In this document: positions 52,901-64,000 of the stretch, piece by piece
How positions within the stretch are numbered: position 1 is the stretch's first letter
Layout: every line of letters begins with the position of its first letter
Assembly: GCA_030141605.1 (NCBI GenBank)
Contig: JAQGDQ010000197.1
Location: 343,673 to 407,672 of the forward strand
Reading direction: 5' to 3'
Length of the DNA stretch: 64,000 nucleotides
Source of the DNA: Tubiluchus corallicola
Taxonomy: Eukaryota > Animalia > Priapulida
Program-made: the position numbers and the translations under genes
The notes under the pieces: model-generated
Told to the model about the DNA's origin: nothing
Databases searched by the model: none
The model's input: only the letters and a program-made list of their open reading frames with translations

Positions 52901-55900
52901 TTGATTACACAAGGCAGCAGAGCAGCAACGACAAAAAGAAGATAACAGTATAGCCGTTCATTCACAAGCAATCTTATGACAGATACTGCGGGTATTCCAG
53001 AATCGTGGCAGTAGCAAAGCTTCTTCCGCCTTGGAACAAGGGCAGTTCTTTCCAAACAGTCTTAAGGTCATGTATATATTGTTGATTTCCTATTCAAATA
53101 GAGAATCCAAGTCCAAAACGGAAATTAAGAACCATGAATTAAAAATTAGCATGAAAGGTATTGGTACTTGACCAATTAAATTGAATTTCAATACTTTTAA
53201 TCGAAATTTAATACAAGTTAGCACTAATACGAAAATTTCTTGTTAAAACTGAAGTGTCTATTTTTTGCTATTTGATTTCAATTCTGCCTTAAATATACAA
53301 ATGTAAACTTTCTAAACGGATTCAATGTACGAATCAGACGTACAAACAACATGAAGTCTGTCACTGAAGTCACTTTCCTACTTAAGAAGTTAGATCACAA
53401 ACTATGAAAAAGGGAGCCTACTGAGAACAGGGTGGTCAGGTTTGTTACAAGGCAGGATCCGCATTGTTGAGGGTGTAAGGTGCCAGACAAAAGTTCTGTC
53501 CTCGGTAGGTTGAGTGTTGAAGGTCAACATTTTTACTGCATTCATTCTGCAACGTCGAACTTTTGGGTAAAGTTTTGATCACACTCATTCATTCACTTCA
53601 CTCACTCACTCACTCATTCATTCACTCGCCCAATCACTCATCCTCTCACTCACTCACTCAGTCACTCACCCACTCACTCGCTTGCTCACTTATTCACTCA
53701 CTTGCTTGCTCAACTTATTCACTCACTCCTCTAAAATTTATTAGGTTGATGTACACTTTAATCATGTAAATTTAACTATTAGGAGCTTTTTTGCAATAGC
53801 TTTTTTGTCACAACGAATCTCTGACTTGCAGAAATTTTGTAGCCCGAGGGAACATGATGAATATGAATAGAACAATAATACAGCTGTAAGGAGCTTAGCT
53901 TAGCACAAAATAATTTTATGAATATCCATATGTACATACGTGGAACTTTTACATCCTGTAATTCACAGCCTAAAGTTCTCTCGGTGAGCAAAGTGCTTTG
54001 CAATTTTAGTAAAACTATTCGTGTTTGTCTTTCCAATTATTTGCTGGTCACTGCAATAATTGTAAACAAGTTTAACTTCCGCTATCAACTACTGCATAGA
54101 TCAAAGAGTTGATTCTTTACTTTAAATTTCATTATTATTTTTTATAGTCACACTTGCTTCATTTTCAAGCTGCTGCCTGCTTTTAGTTGTGCTCTTAGTA
54201 CCATAATTAAGTAATAATTAGTGTCACTAGACAACAATATTACGTTAGGTAATTGTTACAAAGCATAAGTAAGGCTTATAGTTGGTAGAAGAGGGTAAAT
54301 TTAGAAAAGTGGAGCTCCTTCAGTCATGAACGTGTTTTTCTCAGTTTGGTAACATCTTTTTGACACCAAATTTCATTGCCATTTTACCCGAAGGTTTAAA
54401 AAGCACCCTAATGTAATTTACCCTCACCCTCACATAATACACTAACATTAAAATTGATTAATAATTAGTAAAGTTAATCTCTAAATTTTACAAAATCAGC
54501 AGTGCGCGCGAAGTTTGGTTACCCTTAATACAAAATGAACAGGTATATTTTGTAAAATTTTGACTTAGTTAGTTACTTAATTGTTTTAATTAATTTTAAG
54601 TAAGAAGTAGATTTATAGCTACTAACTCCTCTAGATTACTAGAAATGGCATTGAAGGCAGCTTGAGTTATGAAGTATTTAGTGATCAAAAGTTTTCAAGT
54701 ATCACTCATATAATTTTTTAAATGGCCTTTGCTTTTTATGCTAATGCAAGTTAACTGTTTTCTTTGCCAAGTGACTAAACATTCGCATTACATCAGTTGG
54801 CACAAAATATGTGCCAAAGTTTAGAATATATGCAGACGATATTATAAGAAGGAAAAAACAAAATCGTTTGAAAATTACCTCACTGATGTTGCATACGGAG
54901 TTTTACATCAGCAATTCAAAAAAGTAAATCGAGACCGCCCGATATGCTTAACTACGCTTAAGTATGCTTAATTACTGCTTTAAATTTAGGAAGCTCTTAA
55001 TAGTTAAATAACATTTTCCCTTTAAAACTTGGGCAGATGCTTCATTTTGTCTCATGTCTTCGATCATTAACTATTTTTACTGTGCAGCTAATGCATTTTA
55101 ATAAAACAAAATTAAACTTCAGATTCAAACTGTCAATTTGTAATATAATTTGGCATATTTGAAATAATTATATGGGATACGTATGCCAGTAATTTATAGG
55201 CCTATGTATCCATTTTGAAGAGGTCGCGCTCATCGAGTTGTAGAGACAGTTTCCACAAATGCATCAGAACTGGAAAAAAATCTGTTCAAATCTCGCTGTT
55301 GCGACAAAACATTAGCCAAAATTTTGCCAAAGAAGAAGAAAGAAGAAATAAATACTGTATCAAAATTAAATCTGTAATTTGTAATGACATATTATTTTGT
55401 GCACTTGGTAAGAATCATCATATTTATATGTCAACAATATTAATCATAATTTATTTATGTAATTTTTCTCATGTTTTTATTATCTGGGCTTCGCTTCTAC
55501 CTAATCAAATTAAGCAGTAAATGTAATAATTAAAATGTTTGCATAATTTTAGCATAGGGACGGGACGGGCCTAACACACTGAAGATTCTCATAATCTCTT
55601 TCCAGACTCGTACCACCTTTTTGAAAACTCTATCGCTCATAGCTACAGCCTTTTTTGTTATTTTTCCGTGCTCTATTCCCATGGACAGCACAGCTTTAGA
55701 CTACAAGTGCATATCATATGAATTAGGCTTTATATATTGTCACAACTTGGATCAGAATTAAGATGTCTGTTTGTTAATGGCAAGATTAAATACGCCGATT
55801 AAGAAGGGAGTAAGCAATATAGAACGAAGTTAAATAATTCGACTTTAAACTTGAAATTATTTTCTGTGGTTGATTCTCTGTTAAAACTTTACACCGCATT

Positions 55901-58900
55901 TTGTATTGAATTGTTCTGTTTTATATAATAATCATTTGTTTCTTTTCCAACTTTATTAACTTTATTTATCATTGCATTTTTAGCTCCTTAACGTCGTTAT
56001 TGAATACATGGATGAGGGGGTTCTGGTAACGAAAAATTTATGTATCATACTAAACCACAAATAAAAATCGTGTGACTGTATTCCATCCCCATAATAAATT
56101 ATGAAGAATATCAGTTCTTTATCATTCTGTTGGAAACTCATTTACAGAAAATACTCTGTTCAAATTGTGCAATTTATCAATGAATCTTATTTATTTAATT
56201 TTTGCTTTTAGGCGCCATTCCAGTTTTGCAGTGGACGGTCATCAAATTCCTGCCCTTGTATAGATAAAACGGGAAAAAAGGAGAACGAAAATAGCAGATC
56301 CTGATATTCCAAGGAAACGTGTTCGGTTGCCATTGTCCAATAAACGAATGATACATCAAATATGAGTTTATGTACAAAAGTCTAGTTTATATTTAACTAA
56401 ATACACAAATCTTAATTTTTCTTGTATAGAATGTTCATTTACATTAAACTTTTGATTTATTTTCTCTGCCTCGAGGTTGAAGTATGTTAGGTAGTTTAGC
56501 TGAAGAGTTTTTAAACACGTTTGCATATTAACACAAACGTTTTTTCCAGTAGAAGATGCGGCAAATGCACAGTTACGGTCGCAGATGGGAAGCAGGTCCC
56601 AGGAGGCTGCATCGGGCGTGCAAACAGGATTCACTGGCGACATCAACATTACAAGAGGTAAAACTGCTTGTGGGAGCAGGAGAACCCGATACCAGCTTCA
56701 CAACCTTGAGTGACGAGGTGAGACATTAGAGATGCCGTGGCATCCCTTATCATACGTCATGATAATTATTAACTTTCTGGTGTCTTCACGCTGAGAAAAT
56801 GTCCCAGGTATCTCTAGATTTGTAGTGGTTCAATTATAAGTTAGGGCCCTTTATTTTTGAAACAAACGTAGGATCATGTATGAGAATATTTGGCAGTTTT
56901 CCACTAATGGAGAAATGGCCATGAAAAATACAAGTTTATAATCTTAATATTACGTGAATAAAGTTTTGCTTGCTTTAGTGATTCTGACAAGCAAGCACTA
57001 GGTGACTAGATGTTTTAGGTGAATATGTGCAGCATACAGCAACAGATTTTCAATGTTTAATATGAGAATTTCATAAACCAACATTGCTTGAATTTTTGTA
57101 ATTTTTAATGGTAATCAGATTTTTGCTATTTTTTCTTTTATTAATAATTCACTTATATAAATTATGCTTCTTAAATAACTGCACAACGATATTTTTGATT
57201 CGTTTAAAGTCTTTGCAATGCATACTAGTGTGATGAGTGATGACTCATACTTGTATAACAGTAATGTACTAAACCCCCATTGACCCAAGAAGTGAGTCTA
57301 TTAAGCAGCGCCTACTGTATTATCAATTTTTATTGCTATCAATATGGTACTATTTTCTCTTTTTTATCATTACTCCTAATAAAAAATTAGTGTTTAGCAA
57401 ATAGTCAAAAAGATATTAAATATTTCAGGCATTGTTATGCTTCATTTTATCTCCCTTTTCACTTCATTAATACAACATTTTTTGTCTCATCACATTGTTT
57501 TTTCAGTTATTTGTCTTCAGTAGTTTTTTGTCTAACACAGCCAAACGCGCTGACATTGTCTTTTGAAAACTAATTTAACTTTAATATGTGCAGAAAACAT
57601 CTTGCTATTGGCTGTAACGGTGGTTGTCGTGTTGTAGCTAAATGTTCTATAACAGCTGTCGCATATTGTAGTTACGTAGTGTTTTGCTAATCATTTTGCA
57701 AGGTATTTCGAAACTCTCAAATGCTTACAAAGAGATTAATTGTTTTATTTGTGTTAGCAATTTGGTCACCACTTATTTTCTATTAATGTTCAACCTTGAT
57801 AATTATTTTTAGATTCAAATCAATGTTGATGACACAAGGCAGCAGAACAGCAACGACAAAAAGAAGATAACAGTATAGCCGTTCATTCACAAGCAATCTT
57901 ATGACAGATACTGCGGGTATTCCAGAATCGTGGCAGTAGCAAAGCTTCTTCCGCCTTGGAACAAGGGCAGTTCTTTCCAAACAGTCTTAAGGTCATGTAT
58001 ATATTGTTGATTTCCTATTCAAATAGAGAATCCAAGTCCAAAACGGAAATTAAGAACCATGAATTAAAAATTAGCATGAAAGGTATTGGTACTTGAGCAA
58101 TTAAATTGAATTTCAATACTTTTAATCGAAACTTAATACAAGTTAGCACTAATACGAAAGTTTCTTGTTAAAATTCAAGTGTCTATTTTTTTGCTATTTC
58201 ATTTCAACTCGGCCTTAAATATACAAATGTAAACAACTTTCTAAACGGATTCAATGTACGAATCAGACGTACAAACAACATGAAGTCTGTCACTGAAGTT
58301 ACTTTCTTACTTAAGAAGTTAGATCACAAACTATGAAAAAGGGGAGCCTACTGAAAACAGGGTGGTCAGGTTTGTTACAAGGCAGGATCCGCATTGTTGA
58401 GGGTGTAAGGTGCCAGACAAAAGTTCTGTCCTCGGTAGGTTGAGTGTTGAAGGTCAACATTTTTACTGCATTCATTCTGCAACGTCGAACTTTTGGGTAA
58501 AGTTTTGATCACACTCATTCTCTCATTCATTCACTCACTCACTCACTCGCTTGCTCACTTATTCACTCGCTTGCTCAACTTATTCACTCACTCCTCTAAA
58601 ATTTATTAGGTTGAAATTTAATCATGTACACTTTAATCATGTAAATTTAACTATTAGGAGCTTTTTTGCAATAGCTTTTTTGTCACAACGAATCTCTGAC
58701 TTGCAGAAATTTTGTAGCCCGAGGGAACATGATGAATATGAATAGAACAATAATACAGCTGTAAGGAGCTTAGCTTAGCGCAAAATAATTTTATGAATAT
58801 CCATATGTACATACGTGGAACTTTTACATCCTGTAATTTGCAGCCTAAAGTTCTCTCGGTGAGCAAAGTGCTTTACGATTTTAGTGAAACTATTCGTGTT

Positions 58901-59602
58901 CGTCTTTCCAATTATTTGTTGGTCACTGCAATTATTGTAAACAAGTTTAACTTCTATCAAATACTGCATAGATCAAAGAGCTGAGTCTTTATTTTAAATT
59001 TCGTTATTATTTTTTATAGTCACACTTGCTTCATTTTCAAGCTGCTGCCTGCTTTTAGTTGTGCTCTTAGTACCATAATTAAGTAATAATTAGTGTCACT
59101 AGACAACAATATTACGTTAGGTAATTGTTACAAAGCATAAGTAAGGCTTATAGTTGGTAGAAGAGGGTAAATTTAGAAAAGTGGAGCTTCTTCAGTCATG
59201 AACGTGTTTTTCTCATTTTTGACACCAAATTTCATTGCCATTTTACCCGAAGGTTTAAAAAGCACCCTAATGTAATTTACCCTCACCCTCACATAATATA
59301 CTAACTTTAAAATTAATTAATAATTATTTAAGTTAATCTCAAAATTTTACAAAATCAGCAGTGCGCGCGAAGTTTGGTTACCCGTAATACAAAATGAACA
59401 AGTACATTTTGTAAAATTTTGGCTTAATTAGTATATAGTTAATTGTTTTAATTAGTTTTAAGTAAGAAGTAGATTTATAGCTACTAAATCCTCTATATTA
59501 CTAGAAATGGCATTGAAGGCAGCTTGAGTTATGAAGTATTTAGTGATCAAAAGTTTTCAAGTATCACTCATATAATTTTATAAATGGCCTTCGTTTTTTA
59601 TG
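49997..59602 (+). repeat. Head-to-tail tandem segmental duplication: unit 1 ~49997-54744, unit 2 ~54745-59602
   Basis: Both units start tgcaagttaactgttttctttgccaagtgac and end ...aagtatcactcatataatttt..aaatggcctt; they are near-identical throughout, with duplicated ORFs 52858-53055/57783-57980. Unit 2 has ~205 extra bp at ~55580-55787. Confidence 0.95.
53579..53728. repeat. (TCAC)n tetranucleotide repeat; the shorter paralogous tract is at ~58509-58593
   Basis: Direct inspection; tract length differs between the two duplication units. Confidence 0.9.
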
Positions 59603-60626
59603 ATAATTTCTTATTATGTTTGCACCTCTTAATAAGACCTTTACGTTTGGAAGTTAAATTTTACCCTTTTCAGCAGTTTCGTGAATTGTAATTAAGAAAT
59701 GTTGCGTATAAAGTTATGGGGTGTTCCGTTTAGCATTTTAAAGAGACATTTTTGTATAGGAATAGCTGAACTTATACTAAATTGTACTCCATAATAACTG
59801 TAGTTAAAAATAGCAAAATTCATTTTCAATCGGACATTTCTTAGCTATATTATTTTCCTTAATGGTGGTTATATTTCTATTATTGTGCTTCACTGGACAG
59901 GTAAGCAACTAGTACTTTCTTCAAAAGTTTTTAGACAAAGGTCCAACTTAACTTAACGACTCCGGTTAAGCCGTTTCGTTTCTTAGGAAGCAGCTACGTC
60001 ACTGAGCAAAAACTTGTATATTTGTTTTGTGGTAGTTATTGAAAAATGTGAGGTTCAGCGGTACATTTAACAGTTCAACAGTTCTTTTTCCTTGTCAATG
60101 CTAAATATGATGTAGCGATAACGGGTCTAGCAGTTTGCCTCACTAGCACGCGGAGTATTTTAGACTAATGGAGCAGTACCCAGTACCAATTCTGATATAA
60201 TTGTAGCTTTGTTTTATAAATAGTTCTTGCAGTTAGGCTTATAATTTACAGTTTTTGCTTACAGTGTTCAGTGTTAGTTCTTGATTACACGTATTAAGTT
60301 TTGTAGTGATTTACTAGTAGCACTATGCCTTATATCTTCCACTTTGAAAAATTATGGGTCCCATGGTAGGCTTATTACTATCAACATTGCTTTTCCCTTG
60401 GTTTATGCTAAACATGATCGTAACGGTAGCGTTTCACTGCAAAAATATTAGCAAACAATGAATTTGTCACTTCAGTTTCATGGTAGTAGACATAGTAGTT
60501 GGCAAGCGGACGTATTTGGTATTATTGGAGCCTGTTTACCAATAAGACTTATAATACCGTATATTTAAATCACGCTGAGATAAACAGATGTGATTAAGAA
60601 ACCTCGAACACGTGCTCTGTGATAGG

Positions 60627-60862
60627 GAAATGTGCACGTATAAAAATATCGTCAAACTTTTGTTTTAGTTTGCTTTATCAGGAACTAATTCTGTACTTCT
60701 TTTATGTGGCAACCTGGTATTGATTTGTGTTAGGGAAACTAGAAGAAATGTGCACGTATAAAAAATATTGTCAAACTGTATAGAGAGGAGCTTTTGTTTT
60801 AGTTTGTTTCATCAAGAACCAATTCTGTGCTTTTTTTATGTTGGCAACCTGGTATTGATTTG
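60627..60862 (+). repeat. Short tandem direct repeat (two ~100-118 bp copies)
   Basis: gaaatgtgcacgtataaaaa...ggcaacctggtattgatttg occurs at ~60627-60727 and ~60745-60862. Confidence 0.85.
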
Positions 60863-62249
60863 AGCTTTTTTCAATTGAACAGAATCACTGGTTCACATCC
60901 AGAGGATCCAGAGGACACATCCATATAGAAGGGCAGGGTCGAATCCATATGGTTGATAAAAGAACTGGTAGCAGTTGGACCACGAAAGTTTCGTCCAATG
61001 ACAGTGACACAGGATAGTTACATATTTGGTCATACGTGTATCAGTTATTAGTTCACAGCTGCCATCAGTAAATCTGATCAGAATCATTGTCAGCAAATTC
61101 ATGATTAGCTTGCACTTTTGTATAGCGCATTTTTTTGTTTTTTAAACGCGTAAGCTTTTATTTTAGAAAAGTGAGAGACTTGTTAGCCTATAGTTCCTAA
61201 TTTACTGTCATATTTTAGACATTTCAGTCTGAAAGTTTTATACACGAGTGTTTTGATTGACTATAAAAGAGACCCTGCGTGGAAAAACGTGAATTTAAAA
61301 GAACGAAATTTCTTTTGCGCTTGTGTTTACCATCCGAGAGAAGTTATTTTAAAAAACTGCCGCATCAGGATTGAGGTGTCTGCAAAAATAGATATGACGG
61401 GTGCAGCCAAAAAATGACATTTGATCATATCTGTCCAGAGTTGCCGAGAGGTTTTAATCCAGATTAGTTCATTCATTCAACTTTGTGAAAAACTTTGTGA
61501 AAAGAAGACTCGTTAGTTATGAATGAGACAACAATAGGCCATTGTAGGCTAATTTTTATACACATTTTAAAGAGTAAGATATGAGATTTAAAATATTTCC
61601 CAGTGAACTTTCCACACAAGTTATATTACTCGTCATTATGCTTACCAGATTGTAATTGGAAAAGAAAATTCTTAATATAAAATTTTCGCGCTAACTGATA
61701 AAACTTCACTACATCGCCGTCAAAGCGTACACCACTGAGTCACCAAAAACACGTTGCAGATCTTACTGACCAAATGTGCAATTTAACCTTTTGCTTAGTT
61801 TTTTAGAGAAAATCAAGTATGTTTTATCTTCACCCACTCTAACTACCCTGCGTTAGTGAGTGAGGTAATTCTTGAAACACTCGGGATTGCAAATCTATAT
61901 GTTATATTAAATAGCGAGTTGGTTATTTTTATTTAAATGTTTCTAGCAGTACATCCCATCTTAATCTATACTAACGTGCACTGTACATGACATTGACATT
62001 GACTATTCGTACTGACGTGTGTAGAGGCCTACACCCGTTCTAACATGTGCTGTATTCCTGGAAGCATAGTGATAAAAACAACAAAAACAACATTGAATTG
62101 CGGGTAATTTTGTCAAAAAATTTAACAATTTCAGCAATGAATAAAGCGGCATTTGCGTTAACCTGCAATGCAAGTTAAGATCAGACAAATAACAGTGCGT
62201 ACGACTTTGATCTAACCACTGATTAGTTTTTTTCGTTTTAGTGTAAATA

Positions 62250-63975
62250 AGAGCAGCAAATATATCAATTTTTCACTTCTCAATTAGTGGTTTTACTAAA
62301 TCAACTTCCACTTCAGCAAAAAATCGAATAACGTATTGGATGTGCCTTTTTATCGTTTTCCTGATTTAGAAATGGTGTATACATTGACCTTTCGCAACTC
62401 TCTCTAAGTGCTATAAAGAGTCCCTTTGTTGTCTCTTTCATAAGTATTAAGTCTTTTTCTCACATTGATCGATGAATTAATTAATCCTGAATTAAAGAGA
62501 GTTTGTTCCAGACTGGACCTCTCTTACATAGCCCAGTCTAATGACTCGCGTGTTAACGTTGTTAGCTTAAAATTGAAGTAGTCAATTAAAAACCACTGAC
62601 TAGGAACTGATTCTCACTTTTCTAAAAATAGAACTCTATACAGTTTAAGTGAAAAAATGCACCATAAAAATATAAGATTGTGAATTTGCTGAAAGATTAG
62701 GATTACTAATTGAAGTAATCAGAGTGAACGATACACAGTTCGACAAAATATGTACTGCCTTCACCCACTAACTACTCTGCATCAGTGCGTGAGGTACTAG
62801 TCGAAACACTCGAGATTCCAATTCTTCTTGAATTCAAAACTTGAACCAACGGCAGGATTCTTCAAAAAAATTAAGCAGAAAAATTATCGTAGACCAAAAT
62901 CACAGACGTTTCAGATGAAGTTTGCGGAGTCTATTTTTTGTTTTGTTGAGTAATAGTACAACGAAATGCCAAGCAAGAACCTAATAGGCTAGGTTACTTA
63001 CAATGCTATATTTCTGTATGTTGCTTCAAACTGTTTTTTGTATTTTGAAATTCACCAAATTAGTGATTAACAATGCCTCATTCTTTTTTATGCAAATATT
63101 TGCAAGCTCTCTGCAGGGTTTTATTCCTGACAGAATACTGCTCCTGGTTCAGATTTAGGGTTCAAGAAGAATTGGCTTCTGCTTCGAAATTTTTGAAATT
63201 GTGGAATACTTTATCTTTACGATGACATTGTAAATTTTAAATTGTAAATTGTAAATGTTTTGTTTTTTTATATTTAGTAATGTCAGTGTTTTTAGTGTAG
63301 TTGTTAGTCGTAAAATTTAATTGTAATTTCTTTGGCTCATTTATGCTGAAATAAATAGCAACGAATAAATAATCTGTTGAAAATCTCTAGTGTTTCGACT
63401 AGTACCTCACGCACTGATGCAGAGTAGTTAGTGGGTGGAAGGCAGTACATATTTGGTCGAACTGTGTATCGTTCACTCTGATGACTTAATTTCTCTTTAA
63501 TCAGTAAACTTTTTTTCAGTAAACCTAATCTTTTTTTCATAGAATTCACAATCTTATATTTTTATGGTGCACTTTCACCTAAAATGTATAAAGCTGTATT
63601 TTTAAAAAAGTGAGAGTCAGTGGCTAGTCTAAAAATTTTAACACGAGAGTCCTTAGACTGGTCTATACAAGAGGGGTCCAGTTTGAAACAAACTTTTTCA
63701 ATTCAACATTAATTAATTCATGCTTCGGTGTGAGAAAAAGACTTAATACTTATGAAAAAGACAACAGCATGAATTGTGGTTGATATGCATTTGTAGTCAT
63801 TTTGTGAAGACACTACAGTGAAAGAGAGAGAGTGGCAAAAGGTCAATGTAAACATTATTTCTAAATCAGGAAAATAATAAAAATGCCACATCCAGTATGT
63901 TATTCATATTTTGTTTCCCGAAGTGGAAGTTGATTTAGTAAAGCCGCTAGTTGGCGAAAAAATGATATACCTGCT
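62250..63975. mobile_element. Long inverted repeat / foldback element: arms ~62250-62822 and ~63378-63975, spacer ~555 bp
   Basis: actaactactctgcatcagtgcgtgaggtactagtcgaaacact is the reverse complement of agtgtttcgactagtacctcacgcactgatgcagagtagttagt; tttactaaatcaacttccacttc pairs with gaagtggaagttgatttagtaaa. More diverged partial copies lie at ~61100-61190 and ~61830-61892. Confidence 0.85.
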
Positions 63976-64000
63976 AGAAATAGGGTGCAGTAGGATGTAA

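Overview
AT-rich animal (invertebrate-type) genomic DNA; the ORF track is mostly spurious. The window is dominated by one complete + strand, multi-exon TRPC-family cation channel gene most like TRP-gamma (ATG 16749, TGA ending 41495). I joined the coding exons by hand with consistent splice phases, giving 3177 nt / 1058 aa over 13 exons per isoform. The main finding is that the exon encoding the pore helix, selectivity filter and S6 gate is present as two intact tandem 196-nt copies (35167-35362 and 35745-35940). They are 80% identical in protein with near-saturated synonymous sites, and including both or neither breaks the frame. This is the signature of mutually exclusive splicing that swaps the channel pore. 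Both copies also lack the usual filter glycine, and the gene needs a GC-AG intron. The rest of the window holds decayed LINE and Tc1 fragments, a clean hAT-type MITE with an 8-bp TSD, a Meta-type SINE, large foldback inverted repeats, hammerhead-like inverted motifs, microsatellites and a recent ~4.8 kb tandem duplication carrying a possible small exon. All alignments and counts were made by eye; no database searches were run.
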